In this document: positions 42,249-52,346 of the stretch, one piece after another
Numbering within the stretch: the first letter of the stretch is position 1
Layout of the letters: the number at the start of each line of letters is the position of its first letter
Assembly: GCA_039683615.1 (NCBI GenBank)
Contig: JBDKRA010000001.1
Location: 25,958-89,957 of the forward strand
DNA: 64,000 bases
Source: Phycisphaerae bacterium
Lineage (GTDB): Bacteria > Planctomycetota > Phycisphaerae > SM23-33
Direction: 5' to 3'
The notes under the pieces: model-generated
What the model was told of the DNA's origin: nothing
Seen by the model: only the letters and a program-made list of their open reading frames with translations
Database searches by the model: none
Program-made: the position numbers and the translations under genes

Positions 42249-45062
42249 ATGGACCATTTTTCGCGCCGAATGTTCCTTCACATGACCGGTGGCGCCGCCG
42301 CCGGCGGAGCGGCCGCCTGGGGCGTCAAGTCCATCGACAGCCTGCTGTCGACGCCCCGGCCGATCCCTCACGTCCGCCCCGGCGAGGTCGCCGTCTACGC
42401 CACCACCTGCCGCGAGTGCCCCGCCGGATGCGGGATGCACGTCTGGCATCGCGACGGGCGAATCAACAAGGCCGAGGGCAACCCCGACCACCCCGTCAAC
42501 CGCGGCGGCCTTTGCGCACGCGGGCAGTCGTCCCTGCAAGGCCACTACGATCCCGACCGAATGCAGCACGTCGCGCAGCGCGGCGGCACGGAGCGGCCGC
42601 AGTGGACGGACGCTCTGGCGGATATCGCCAGAGGTTTACGCGGCGGGGGCAAACTGCTGCTCGTGTCGGATCTGCAGACGGGCAGCCTGGCGGAAACCCT
42701 GAACGCATTCGCTGCCGCCTTCGGCGGCCAGGCGATGTTCTATGAGGCCGTGCACTATCACCCGCTGGCGTCGGCCTGCGCGGCGCTGGGGCTGCGCGGC
42801 ATTCCGCGATTCCGCCTGGACAAGTGCGAGATCATCATCAGCTTTGCCGTGGACTTCCTCGAGACGTGGATCTCGCCGGTGGAGTTCGCGCACGACTTTG
42901 CCCAGATGCGGGCCTACCGCGACGGCAAGATGGGCTCGTTCGTCTACGTGGGTCCACGGCAATCGATGACGGCCGCCAATGCCGATACCGTCATCCTCGT
43001 GCCCCCCGGCGGCGAGGGCGCCGTCGCCTGGGCGATGCTGCACGAGATGCTCTCGGCCGGGCTGGCCAAGGGAAGCCTTGATCAACTGCGAGCGATGGCG
43101 AATCAGCGGCCGCGTGAGGCGCCGGGCGTGCCCCGCGAACAGATTGCCGCTCTGGCGCGGCGATTCGCCGGCGCGCAGGGCAGTGTGGCCCTGGGCGGGC
43201 CGGCGGCAACCGAGAGCCCGGCGGCCGCCGACGCGGCGCTGGCGGCGATGCTGCTCAATGTCGCGGCCGGACGGATGAACCAGACCGTCGAGACCACGCG
43301 CCGCCACGCCCTGAGCGACTGCGTGCGCCCCAGCGAGTTGCTCAAAGCGCTCCAGGGACTGACGGCCAAGGATGTGCTGATCGTCCACAACACCAACCCC
43401 GCCTACAGCCTGCCCGGAGCGGCCGGGGCGATCAGCGAGGCAGGGACAGTCGTTTATCTTGGGACGCTGAAGGATGAGACCGCCGCCCTGGCCCATTGGG
43501 TGCTGCCGGTAGACTACCCGCTGGAGACCTGGGGCGACTACGAGCCATACTCCGGCATCACCGGCGCGATCCAGCCGACCATGGGCCGGCTCTTCGACAC
43601 GCGCTCGGCCGGCGATGTCCTGATGGAGATCGCCCACCAGGCCGGCAAGAAGCTGGACGTTCACGACCAGCCCGCCACCGCCCCGGCGACGCAGGGCGCG
43701 GACCCGCTGGTGCAAGGCTTCACTCTCGCACCGGCTCAGCGCGAGGTCAGCGTCGATTTGACAAGAGTGCGCCTGGAACCTCTTGCTCGACCGCCCGTTA
43801 TCCGAGGCGAACACGTGAAATTGTGGTTATATCCGTCGATCCTCTACTTCGACGGCCGCACAGCAAATCGCGGGTGGATTCAGGAGTCGCCCGACCCGAT
43901 CAGCTACGCGACCTGGGGCAGTTGGATCGACATGCACCCGGAGATGGCCAAGCGCCTGGACATTGAGAACAACGACGAGGTCAAGCTATGGGCGGGAAGC
44001 ACCATCGCTGTTGCTCCGGTGCGGCTGACAGAGGATATCCATCCCGAGACGGTCGCGCTGGCGCTGGGCCAAGGTCATACCGCCATGGGCGCCAATGCCA
44101 ATGGCTACGGTGCCAATGGGTTTGACCTTCTACTGCCATCGCCCGCACATCCATTCGGCAGCGTATCGATCAGCCCCACCGGCCGCAGCGAGGAGCCGAC
44201 CTACACCTCGCCGACGCAGGACCAGTACGGGCGCGAGATCCTGCAGTGGGTCGAGCTGTCGAAAGTGGCGGCGATGCGGCCGGGCGAGGGCGACGATCTG
44301 ATCCTGCCGCTGCCGGAAGGCTACGACCCCAAGCGCGACCTCTACCCGCCGCACGAGTACCCCAAGCACCGCTGGGCGATGGTCGTCGACCTGCACCGCT
44401 GCATTGGCTGCGGCGCCTGCGGCGTGGCCTGCTATGCCGAGAATAACGTCCCGGTCTACGGCAAAGCCCGCGTGGCCAAGGGCCGCGAGATGGCCTGGCT
44501 CAAGGTCGTTCCCTACCGCGACGACCACGACCGCCACCGGCTGGGATGGCTGCCGATGCTCTGCCAGCACTGCGATTGCGCCCCCTGCGAGCCGGTCTGC
44601 CCGGTCTACGCGGCCGTGCACAACGAGGAAGGGCTCAATGCGCAGATCTACAACCGCTGCGTCGGGACGCGGTACTGCTCGAACAACTGCCCGTACAAGG
44701 TGCGGCGGTTCGAGTGGTTCGACCCGAAATGGCCGTATCCGCTGGACCTCCAGCTCAACCCCGACGTCACCGTGCGCTGCCGCGGGGTCATGGAAAAATG
44801 CACCTTCTGTATCCAGCGCATCAAGAAGGTCGAGCTTCAGGCGGCGCGCGAAGGGCGCGCCATCGCCGACGGCGAGATCAAGCCCGCCTGCCTGCAGACC
44901 TGCCCGGCCGGCGTGTACACCTTCGGCGACCTGCTCGATCCCAACTCGCAGGTCTCGCGCCTGACGCGGCGCGACCCGCGACGCTACCACGTGCTTGAGG
45001 AGCTCAACACCAAGCCCGCCGTGACGTACCTGCGGCGCGTCAGCCAGAAGGGGCCCGCCTGA
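42249..45062 (+). CDS. actB: Alternative complex III subunit ActB (fused molybdopterin-like and 4Fe-4S ferredoxin domains), Tat-exported
   Basis: 937 aa with Tat signal SRRMFLHMTGGAAAGG, a CxxC...C Fe-S motif at the N-terminus and a C-terminal cysteine-rich 4Fe-4S block (CIGCGACGVAC...CQHCDCAPCEPVCP). Confidence 0.85.
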   Translation: MDHFSRRMFLHMTGGAAAGGAAAWGVKSIDSLLSTPRPIPHVRPGEVAVYATTCRECPAGCGMHVWHRDGRINKAEGNPDHPVNRGGLCARGQSSLQGHYDPDRMQHVAQRGGTERPQWTDALADIARGLRGGGKLLLVSDLQTGSLAETLNAFAAAFGGQAMFYEAVHYHPLASACAALGLRGIPRFRLDKCEIIISFAVDFLETWISPVEFAHDFAQMRAYRDGKMGSFVYVGPRQSMTAANADTVILVPPGGEGAVAWAMLHEMLSAGLAKGSLDQLRAMANQRPREAPGVPREQIAALARRFAGAQGSVALGGPAATESPAAADAALAAMLLNVAAGRMNQTVETTRRHALSDCVRPSELLKALQGLTAKDVLIVHNTNPAYSLPGAAGAISEAGTVVYLGTLKDETAALAHWVLPVDYPLETWGDYEPYSGITGAIQPTMGRLFDTRSAGDVLMEIAHQAGKKLDVHDQPATAPATQGADPLVQGFTLAPAQREVSVDLTRVRLEPLARPPVIRGEHVKLWLYPSILYFDGRTANRGWIQESPDPISYATWGSWIDMHPEMAKRLDIENNDEVKLWAGSTIAVAPVRLTEDIHPETVALALGQGHTAMGANANGYGANGFDLLLPSPAHPFGSVSISPTGRSEEPTYTSPTQDQYGREILQWVELSKVAAMRPGEGDDLILPLPEGYDPKRDLYPPHEYPKHRWAMVVDLHRCIGCGACGVACYAENNVPVYGKARVAKGREMAWLKVVPYRDDHDRHRLGWLPMLCQHCDCAPCEPVCPVYAAVHNEEGLNAQIYNRCVGTRYCSNNCPYKVRRFEWFDPKWPYPLDLQLNPDVTVRCRGVMEKCTFCIQRIKKVELQAAREGRAIADGEIKPACLQTCPAGVYTFGDLLDPNSQVSRLTRRDPRRYHVLEELNTKPAVTYLRRVSQKGPA

Positions 45063-45063
45063 C

Positions 45064-46962
45064 ATGCCCGAGTACGAACCGGTCAACGCGACGTACGGGC
45101 AGATCAACGACGACGTGCTCGCTGCGCTGAAAAGGCCGCGGGCTCCGTACTTCGCGTTCCTGGCGCTGCTGGCCACCGGTATCGGCGTCTTCTTCGTCAC
45201 CTGGCAATACCAGATCCAGGTCGGCATGGGCGTTGCCGGCATCAGCCACCCCGTCGGATGGGGTTGCTACATCGGCAACTTCGTGTTCTGGATCGGAATC
45301 GCCCACAGCGGGACGTTCATCTCGGCGATCCTGCACCTGGTGCGATCGAAATGGCGCGACGCCGTCAGCCGCTCCAGCGAAGCCATGACCATCTTCGCCG
45401 TCATGACGGCCGGACTGTTCCCGATGATTCACCTGGGGCGATTCTGGGCGTTCTACTACATCCTGCCCTACCCCTCGCAGCGACAGATCTGGCCGGACTT
45501 CCTCAGCCCGCTGGTGCTCGACGTCTGCGCCGTCAGCACGTATTTCACCGTCAGCCTCATCTTCTTCTACGTGGGGCTCATCCCCGACCTGGCCTCGGCA
45601 CGCGACCGCTCGCTGGCCCAGCGCGGACCCGCCCACTGGCGGACCCGCCTGTATCGCCTGCTGGCGTCGGGCTGGTGCGGGGCCGCCAGCCAGTGGAATC
45701 ACTACGGCAGAGGGTACCTGTACTTCGCCGCCCTGGCCACGCCGCTGGTGATCTCGGTGCACTCGGTGGTGTCGTGGGATTTCGCCATGGGCATTCTGCC
45801 CGGCTGGCACGAGACGATCTTCCCGCCGTACTTCGTCGCCGGGGCCATTCACTCGGGCCTGGCGATGGTCCTGACGCTGATGATCCCCACCTGGCGGGTG
45901 CTCAAGCTCGATCGGATCGTAAAGGTGGATCATTTCGAGGCCGTCGCCAAGACGATGCTCGTCACCGGGGCGATCGTCGGCTACGCCTACGTCATCGAAC
46001 CGTTCATCGCCTGGTACAGCGGGGACCTTTTCGAGCAGCAGTGGGCGTGGTGGCAGGCGACGGGCTCGCGCTGGCCGATCTACTTCGGGATGATGGTGCT
46101 GGACTTTCTGGTGCCGCTGACGTTCGTGTTCCGCAAGGCGCGGCGGAACCTGACGTGGCTGTTCATCGCCTCGCTGCTGGTGAACCTGGGCATGTGGCTC
46201 GAGCGCTATGAGATCGTCACCGCCGCCACGGCGCACGATTTTCTGCCGCACAACTGGGGCTGGTACGCGATGACCTGGGTCGAGATCGTCATCACGGTTG
46301 GCGCCTTTACGTGGTTCCTGTTCTTCTACGTCAGCTTTACGCGGCTGCTGCCGGTGCTGCCGATCGCCGAACTCAAGGAAGGCGTCGGGCATTATGTCAA
46401 GCAGGCCCCCCGCGTGCCGCTGCCACGGGACCCCGGCGGGCGGGTCGCCGACAGCAAGGAAGGCGTCATGGCCGTCTTCTCGCGCCCGGACAAACTCCTC
46501 GAGGCCTTGCGGCACGTGCGGCAGAACTCCTCGCTCAAGGCGCTGGAGGTCTTCTCGCCGCTGAAGCTGGGCGAGCTGTCGCAGGCGATGGGGCTGCCCC
46601 ACGGGCCGGTGCGGTTCTGGACGCTCACCGGGGCGATCCTGGGCGCTACGGGCGGCTTCGCCCTGGCGATGGGCTCGGCGGCTGTCAATCATCTCGTCGC
46701 CGGCGGCAAACCGCCGGTGATGTCGATCATTCCCTACTGCGTCGTCGCCTTCGAGGGCACGATCCTGCTGGGGTCGATCTTCAACCTGATCGGCATCATG
46801 GTCCACGCGCGCCTCCGGCCGGCGCGGCCTTTGCCACACGCGTACGACCGGCGGTTCAGCCGAGACAAGTTCGGCCTCTTCATCGCCTGTTCGAGCGACC
46901 AGATCGAGCAGGCGCGCAGCGACCTGGCGGCCACGAACCCGGAGGAACTGCATGTCCTCTAG
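45064..46962 (+). CDS. actC: ACIII subunit ActC (NrfD/PsrC-like quinol-interacting membrane subunit)
   Basis: 632 aa, polytopic. The N-terminal region is typical of NrfD-like ACIII ActC. It starts 2 nt after the actB stop. Confidence 0.85.
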   Translation: MPEYEPVNATYGQINDDVLAALKRPRAPYFAFLALLATGIGVFFVTWQYQIQVGMGVAGISHPVGWGCYIGNFVFWIGIAHSGTFISAILHLVRSKWRDAVSRSSEAMTIFAVMTAGLFPMIHLGRFWAFYYILPYPSQRQIWPDFLSPLVLDVCAVSTYFTVSLIFFYVGLIPDLASARDRSLAQRGPAHWRTRLYRLLASGWCGAASQWNHYGRGYLYFAALATPLVISVHSVVSWDFAMGILPGWHETIFPPYFVAGAIHSGLAMVLTLMIPTWRVLKLDRIVKVDHFEAVAKTMLVTGAIVGYAYVIEPFIAWYSGDLFEQQWAWWQATGSRWPIYFGMMVLDFLVPLTFVFRKARRNLTWLFIASLLVNLGMWLERYEIVTAATAHDFLPHNWGWYAMTWVEIVITVGAFTWFLFFYVSFTRLLPVLPIAELKEGVGHYVKQAPRVPLPRDPGGRVADSKEGVMAVFSRPDKLLEALRHVRQNSSLKALEVFSPLKLGELSQAMGLPHGPVRFWTLTGAILGATGGFALAMGSAAVNHLVAGGKPPVMSIIPYCVVAFEGTILLGSIFNLIGIMVHARLRPARPLPHAYDRRFSRDKFGLFIACSSDQIEQARSDLAATNPEELHVL

Positions 46963-48073
46963 CGAAGCGCCAAGGCGGCCCATCGAGCGTCACACGCTGC
47001 GTCAGGCAGCGTGGCTGGCGCTGTTTGCCGCCGGGACGGTCGTCTGGCTGATCAGCTTCGCCGGCGGCGCCGCCCGGGCGTGGCGCGGGCTGCTCATCAG
47101 CTTCATCTTCTTCACGCCGATGGCGGCCGGGATGGTCGTCTGGTCGCCGGTGGTGTTGCTATCGCACGGGCGGTGGATCGGGCGTCTCGAGCGCGCGTGC
47201 CTGTCGGGGATCGCCTTCGCCCTGCCCTCGCTGATCGCGCTGGGCCTGCTGTGGATCGGCAGCGGCACGTGGCTGCCCTGGGCCGGCAAGGAACTCTCGC
47301 AGGGCGTCTGGCTCAATCGCCATTTCATCTTCGCGCGCGACCTGGGGGCGCTGATCCTTCTGTGGACGCTGGCGGCGTGGTACGTCCGCCGTCGCACCGG
47401 CGGCGATGGACGCATCGTCGGCGGATGGCTCATCGTGACGTATTGCCTCGTCATGTCGCTGCTGGGCTTCGACCTGGTGATGGCGCTGGACCCCCAGTGG
47501 TACAGCACGCTCTTTGGCGGGTTCTTCTTCATCTCAGGGATGTACATGGCCGTGACCCTCTGGACGCTGCTGGCGCTGCGGGCGCCGGGCGGCACGACCG
47601 ACCGCATCCACGATCTGGCCAAACTAATGGTCGCCTTCGCGATCCTGACGACCTACCTGGCGTACGCCCACCTGCTGGTACAGTGGTATGAGAATCTGCC
47701 GCACGAAACGCGCTTCCTCGTGCCGCGAATGAATTACGATCCCTGGCGGTACGTCAGCGCCGGCATCTTCGCCCTGCCCTACCTGGGGCCCCTGGTGCTG
47801 CTGCTGACGATCTGGTCCAAGCGCACGCGCGGATACCTGGGGCTGATCGCCCTGCTGGTGCTGGCGGGGATGTGGATCGAACGCTGCTGGCTGGTGATCC
47901 CGACGGTGCAGTGGACGGCCGCGGCGCCCGCGCAACCGTCGCATCTGCAACTGACGATCGGCATGGCGGAACTGGGCCCGCTGGCGGCGATGGCAGCCAC
48001 GTTGGCCCTTGGGATCGAGATCTTCAGCGCCTTGGTGCCGCCGCACATCGGGCAAGGGGCGGACGACTCATGA
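46952..48073 (+). CDS. actF: ACIII NrfD-like membrane subunit (ActF-like)
   Basis: 373 aa with about 9-10 TM helices. It overlaps the actC end by 11 nt. I assigned ActF rather than ActD because of its size and TM count. Confidence 0.65.
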   Translation: MSSSEAPRRPIERHTLRQAAWLALFAAGTVVWLISFAGGAARAWRGLLISFIFFTPMAAGMVVWSPVVLLSHGRWIGRLERACLSGIAFALPSLIALGLLWIGSGTWLPWAGKELSQGVWLNRHFIFARDLGALILLWTLAAWYVRRRTGGDGRIVGGWLIVTYCLVMSLLGFDLVMALDPQWYSTLFGGFFFISGMYMAVTLWTLLALRAPGGTTDRIHDLAKLMVAFAILTTYLAYAHLLVQWYENLPHETRFLVPRMNYDPWRYVSAGIFALPYLGPLVLLLTIWSKRTRGYLGLIALLVLAGMWIERCWLVIPTVQWTAAAPAQPSHLQLTIGMAELGPLAAMAATLALGIEIFSALVPPHIGQGADDS

Positions 48074-48615
48074 ACGCCCTGCCGGAACAAATCCCGGATC
48101 GCAACCGCCGCCTGGCGCTGATCAGCCTGACGCTGGCGTCGGTGGTGGTCGCCTCGCTGATGTTCATCGGGCTGTACCTGGGCCTGTTCCTGCCTGCGGC
48201 CGGTCCGGAGCAGCAGATTTCATTCAGCCATCACGTGCACGCCGGCAACAAACAGATCAGTTGCTTCGTCTGCCACGGCGGCGCCCAGGACACCGCCCAC
48301 GCGGACATCCCGCCGCTGGAGACGTGCATGCTCTGCCACGAACATGTGATCATAACGCACCCGCAGATCCGCTGCATACGCCAGCAGTACGCCAACAACA
48401 CCGCCATGCCATGGAAGCGCGTGACCAACCTGCCCGAGTTCGTGAAGTTCAATCACCAGGTTCATCTGCAGCGCGGCGTCGACTGCGGGCGCTGCCACGG
48501 CGACGTCAAGAGCATGGACCGCCTGTACATGCCCTGGGACTTGAAGATGGGCTTCTGCATCCAGTGCCACCGCGACAACAAGGCCACTACCGACTGCATG
48601 AACTGCCACCATTGA
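48070..48615 (+). CDS. actA: ACIII pentahaem cytochrome c subunit ActA
   Basis: 182 aa with an N-terminal TM anchor and five CxxCH motifs (CFVCH, CMLCH, CGRCH, CIQCH, CMNCH). ATGA overlap with the previous gene. Confidence 0.75.
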   Translation: MNALPEQIPDRNRRLALISLTLASVVVASLMFIGLYLGLFLPAAGPEQQISFSHHVHAGNKQISCFVCHGGAQDTAHADIPPLETCMLCHEHVIITHPQIRCIRQQYANNTAMPWKRVTNLPEFVKFNHQVHLQRGVDCGRCHGDVKSMDRLYMPWDLKMGFCIQCHRDNKATTDCMNCHH

Positions 48616-48622
48616 GGAGCCC

Positions 48623-50017
48623 ATGATCGCCTTTATCCGAAAACCTTCCAGCGCCGCACTGGTGTTCCTGGTCGCCGGGGCCGCGTGGTTCGTGCTGGGC
48701 ACGCTGTACGGGATGACCTCGGCCATCCACCTGGTCTGGCCGGAGGCGTTCAACAACATCCCGGCGCTGGTTTTCGGGCGCACGCGGGCGATCCACGTCA
48801 ACTCGGTTCTGTTCGGCTTCGCCACCACCACGCTCATCGGCGCCGGGCTGTATTACATGCCGGCCGTGCTGCGCACGCGGTTGTGGTCCGAGCCGCTGGG
48901 ACACCTCAGCGCGTTGCTGTGGAACGGCGCCCTGATCAGCGGACCGATCACCTTCTCGCTGGGTCACAGCCAAGGCCGCGAATACTGCGAACTGCTCTGG
49001 TGGGCAGACGTGGCCATCGTCGCCTCCGTCGTCATCATGGCTGCCAACCTGGCGATGACGATCGCCATCCGCCGTGAGCGGCAGTTGTACATCTCGGTGT
49101 GGTACTTCATGGGCACGTTCCTGTGGACGGCGTCGTTCTACCCGATCGGCAACGTGATGTGGCGGCCGCCCGAGGGGGCCATGCCCGGACTGATCGACTC
49201 GCTGTTCCTGTGGTTCTACGGCCACAACCTGCCTGGGCTGCTGCTGACGCCGCTGGCGACGGGGGCGGCGTTCTTCGTCATGCCGCGCGTGACCAAGACG
49301 CCGCTCTACTCGCACACGCTCTCGCTGATCGGCTTCTGGACGCTGGTGACGCTGTACTCGCACATCGGCGGCCACCACCTGCTCCAGGCGCCGATCCCGA
49401 CGTGGCTTAAGGCCATCTCGGTCATCGACTCGATGGCGATGCTGATTCCCGTTTTCACGGTAATCGCCAACGTGTGGCTGACCACGCGCGGGCACGGGGG
49501 CAAGCTGCTGGCCGACCCGGCGGGGCGATGGGTCACTGCCGGCATCATCTGGTACCTGCTGGTGACGGTGCAGGGCTCGCTCCAGTCGCTGCCGATGATC
49601 CAGCGCGTGACGCACTTCAACAACTGGACGATCGGCCATTCGCACATCGCGATTCTGGGTTTCGCAGGGTCCATCGCCATCGGCGCGATGTGGCACGTCT
49701 TGCCGTACGTCGCACGGCGGAGCCTCTGGTCGCAGCGGCTGGTGAACCTGCAGTTCCTGCTGGTGACCTTCGGCCTGACGGGGTTCCTGGTGGTGCTGAC
49801 CATCGCCGGACTCATCCAGGGGCAGGCCTGGAACAACGGCGAGACGGTCTACCGCGTGCTGCCCACGATCTCGGCGTACATGGTGCTGCGGGTGGTGTTC
49901 GGCGTGCTGATCATCACCGGGGCGATCATCGGCCTCGTCAATCTCATCCTCACCCTGACGCGCGGGCAACGCTTCGAGCCGGCGCCCATCGAGCAGCCGC
50001 AGGAGGACCCGGCATGA
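48623..50017 (+). CDS. ccoN: cbb3-type cytochrome c oxidase subunit I
   Basis: 464 aa with 12 TM helices and haem-copper oxidase His ligands (HIGGHHLL, FYGHN, GHSH). The size and motifs fit CcoN rather than aa3-type CoxA. Confidence 0.85.
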   Translation: MIAFIRKPSSAALVFLVAGAAWFVLGTLYGMTSAIHLVWPEAFNNIPALVFGRTRAIHVNSVLFGFATTTLIGAGLYYMPAVLRTRLWSEPLGHLSALLWNGALISGPITFSLGHSQGREYCELLWWADVAIVASVVIMAANLAMTIAIRRERQLYISVWYFMGTFLWTASFYPIGNVMWRPPEGAMPGLIDSLFLWFYGHNLPGLLLTPLATGAAFFVMPRVTKTPLYSHTLSLIGFWTLVTLYSHIGGHHLLQAPIPTWLKAISVIDSMAMLIPVFTVIANVWLTTRGHGGKLLADPAGRWVTAGIIWYLLVTVQGSLQSLPMIQRVTHFNNWTIGHSHIAILGFAGSIAIGAMWHVLPYVARRSLWSQRLVNLQFLLVTFGLTGFLVVLTIAGLIQGQAWNNGETVYRVLPTISAYMVLRVVFGVLIITGAIIGLVNLILTLTRGQRFEPAPIEQPQEDPA

Positions 50018-51021
50018 AAATGACCCCCGCGCTGCTGATCGTCGGCGGGCTGCTGGTCTTCTGGTCGGCCGTCTTCGTCATGGTCATCCTGCCTATCAGC
50101 ACGATGAGCGAGGCGCCCTCGGACATCTGGCGGCCGTGGACTCAGGAAGAACAGGAAGGCAACGACCTGTGGGTCAACAACGGCTGCCACTACTGCCACA
50201 GCCAGTTCATCCGCGTCAACGACTGGGGGCTCGGCGCCGAGCGCATCGCCCAGGCCGGCGACTATGCCAACAAGCGCGTGGTGATCCTGGGCACCGAGCG
50301 CATAGGTCCGGACCTCTCGCAGGCCGGCGGCGAACACAGCAACGACTGGCACATCGCGCACTTCAACAACCCGCGCTGGACGCGCCCCATCTCGCTCATG
50401 CCCTCCTGGGCGTTCCTGGGCGAGTCGGACGTGCGCAAGTTGACGGCCTTCATCCAGTCGCAAGGCGGCAAAGACGCCGACCAGCGGATGCGGCGCCAGA
50501 TGACATACCGCCCGCAGGCCCAGGCGGCCTACCGCCGCGGTTTCGACGCCAACGTCGAGTGGCTGCACGCCCAGGTGCCCCCGCCGTGGCGGGCCATGCC
50601 CAATCCTTACCCAGCCTCGGAGGCGGCGCTGCTTCGCGGGCACAAGATCTTCCAGGACAACTGCCTGGGCTGCCACGGCCCCATCGGCGACGGACAAGGC
50701 CCGGCCGCGGCGCATCTCGACCCGCCCCCGCTGAACTTCACGATCCTGCGCAAGCACCTGATCGACGGGCGGTATATCGGCGGACTGTTCTACTACCAGA
50801 TCATGAACGGCGTGACCGGCACGTCGATGCCGTACTTCAAGCGGGACCTGGAGAGCGAAAAAATCTGGGACGTCTCGAACTACCTGGCCGTTTACTTCGT
50901 CGGTTACACCGACGCCAACATGGAACCGCGAGGGATCGACGCCTCGTACGAGCCGTCCGACCCCAAGGTCCCGACCACGCAAGGGAGTCAGTCATGCCCC
51001 TACTGTACACCTGGGCAGTAA
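50014..51021 (+). CDS. ccoO: cbb3 oxidase fused CcoO/CcoP-like dihaem cytochrome c subunit
   Basis: 335 aa with an N-terminal TM helix and CcoO-type haem site NNGCHYCHSQ (plus GPDL), then a second haem domain (CLGCHGP). ATGA overlap with the ccoN stop. Confidence 0.75.
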   Translation: MKMTPALLIVGGLLVFWSAVFVMVILPISTMSEAPSDIWRPWTQEEQEGNDLWVNNGCHYCHSQFIRVNDWGLGAERIAQAGDYANKRVVILGTERIGPDLSQAGGEHSNDWHIAHFNNPRWTRPISLMPSWAFLGESDVRKLTAFIQSQGGKDADQRMRRQMTYRPQAQAAYRRGFDANVEWLHAQVPPPWRAMPNPYPASEAALLRGHKIFQDNCLGCHGPIGDGQGPAAAHLDPPPLNFTILRKHLIDGRYIGGLFYYQIMNGVTGTSMPYFKRDLESEKIWDVSNYLAVYFVGYTDANMEPRGIDASYEPSDPKVPTTQGSQSCPYCTPGQ

Positions 51022-51173
51022 TGGCCATCTTAGGGCTGGCAGCCATCGCCGCGGTCTTGGCCTGGGCCGTCAAGACCAAGCAGTTCTCCGGCCAGGACCG
51101 GGCGGCGCGGCTGGCGCTGCGCAGCCACATTCCTGACGACGAGCCGCCTCGCAAGAAGGAGGCCAAACCGTGA
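50994..51173 (+). CDS. Small single-TM protein (CcoQ-like?)
   Basis: 59 aa, MPLLYTWAVMAILGLAAIAAVLAWAV.... It overlaps the ccoO/P 3-prime end by 28 nt. Confidence 0.35.
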   Translation: MPLLYTWAVMAILGLAAIAAVLAWAVKTKQFSGQDRAARLALRSHIPDDEPPRKKEAKP

Positions 51174-51430
51174 TTCCGCAGATGACGCGATATGCCCAGT
51201 GGCTGATCATCGCCCTGGCGGCGGGGGTGGGTCTCGTGGCCGTCACCTGCCTGACGTTCGTGATGCTCAAGCGCCCGCGCGTGATGCGCGACGGCGAAAT
51301 CGACACGCAAACCGGCTGGCGGAGCGTCGCCCGCTACATGCCGTGGGTCCTGATACTGACGTACGGGGGGATGCTCCTCTATGGGCTGATCTACGCGGTA
51401 ATCCGCTTCATCAGCCCGCCAAACTGGTGA
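51170..51430 (+). CDS. Small two-TM membrane protein
   Basis: 86 aa, hydrophobic, with an ATGA overlap to the previous small ORF. It sits in the oxidase operon. Confidence 0.4.
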   Translation: MIPQMTRYAQWLIIALAAGVGLVAVTCLTFVMLKRPRVMRDGEIDTQTGWRSVARYMPWVLILTYGGMLLYGLIYAVIRFISPPNW

Positions 51431-51437
51431 GGCCGCC

Positions 51438-51716
51438 ATGGCTGAACGATACGAACAATATCTGCACGCAAAGCCTGTCTGGGGATGGGTGCTGGCGATC
51501 AGCCTGACGCTGGGCGTGGTGACATGGTGCATGATCTTCCACATGTTCATGCCCGACGTCCCGCGCGTCTGGGACTTCGGGGCTGTCCCGGACGTGCCCG
51601 CGCAGTCGGTCTACTCCTCCAGCCGCCCCAGCGACGAGCAGAACCGCCACGCCCCGCGACAGATCGAGATGCTGCCCGGGGCCCACGATATCGCCGACAA
51701 GGGAGCGCCGCCATGA
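51438..51716 (+). CDS. Small membrane protein
   Basis: 92 aa with one TM helix (VWGWVLAISLTLGVVTWCMIF). Confidence 0.4.
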   Translation: MAERYEQYLHAKPVWGWVLAISLTLGVVTWCMIFHMFMPDVPRVWDFGAVPDVPAQSVYSSSRPSDEQNRHAPRQIEMLPGAHDIADKGAPP

Positions 51717-52231
51717 AATGGCTGATCCGATCTCTGGCCGCCGCGGCATTGACCGGCGCGTTCGTCTGGGCGGTCCTGGCCTTTGGCCTGGGTCCGCGCA
51801 TGCAAAATCAGCCGGCCCTGCAATCGTTCCAGGCGGTGCTGCCGCCCATGCCCGAGGCCTCGCGCCCCCAGCGGGAGCCCTTCGCGCCGGCCCCGACGAC
51901 CCAGCAGGCCCGGTCCCTGCGCAACCCCCTCAAGGGCACGGCCGATGAATTGGCTCGCGGCAAGGTCTACTACGGCTACTACTGCATCTTTTGCCATGGC
52001 GGCGACGGCGGGGGAACCGGACCCGTCGGCGAGAGCTACGTCCCCACGCCCGCAGACCTTCGTCGCCCCGCCGTACAGCAGCTTGGCGACGGCGAGCTCC
52101 TTCGCCGCATGCTGACCGGCGCCGGACACGCTCCCGTGCTCGAGCGCGTCGTGCGAAGCCCGCAGCGCTGGCCGCTGGTGCTGTACGTGCGAAGCCTCGC
52201 CCCCGCAACGGTGCCGCGAACAGCGGAATGA
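51713..52231 (+). CDS. Membrane-anchored monohaem cytochrome c (ActE-like)
   Basis: 172 aa with an N-terminal TM/signal and a single CIFCHG haem site. It is the last gene of the ACIII-cbb3 cluster. Confidence 0.7.
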   Translation: MKWLIRSLAAAALTGAFVWAVLAFGLGPRMQNQPALQSFQAVLPPMPEASRPQREPFAPAPTTQQARSLRNPLKGTADELARGKVYYGYYCIFCHGGDGGGTGPVGESYVPTPADLRRPAVQQLGDGELLRRMLTGAGHAPVLERVVRSPQRWPLVLYVRSLAPATVPRTAE

Positions 52232-52346
52232 ATTAATGAAATGCAACTGATCTCACGCCCGGGACAAGGAGACGCCGTGTCTGGCGAATCCCCGGTCAGT
52301 GGCTATAATTGACCGCACATAAGCACCCGTGAAAGGAGCACAGGAC

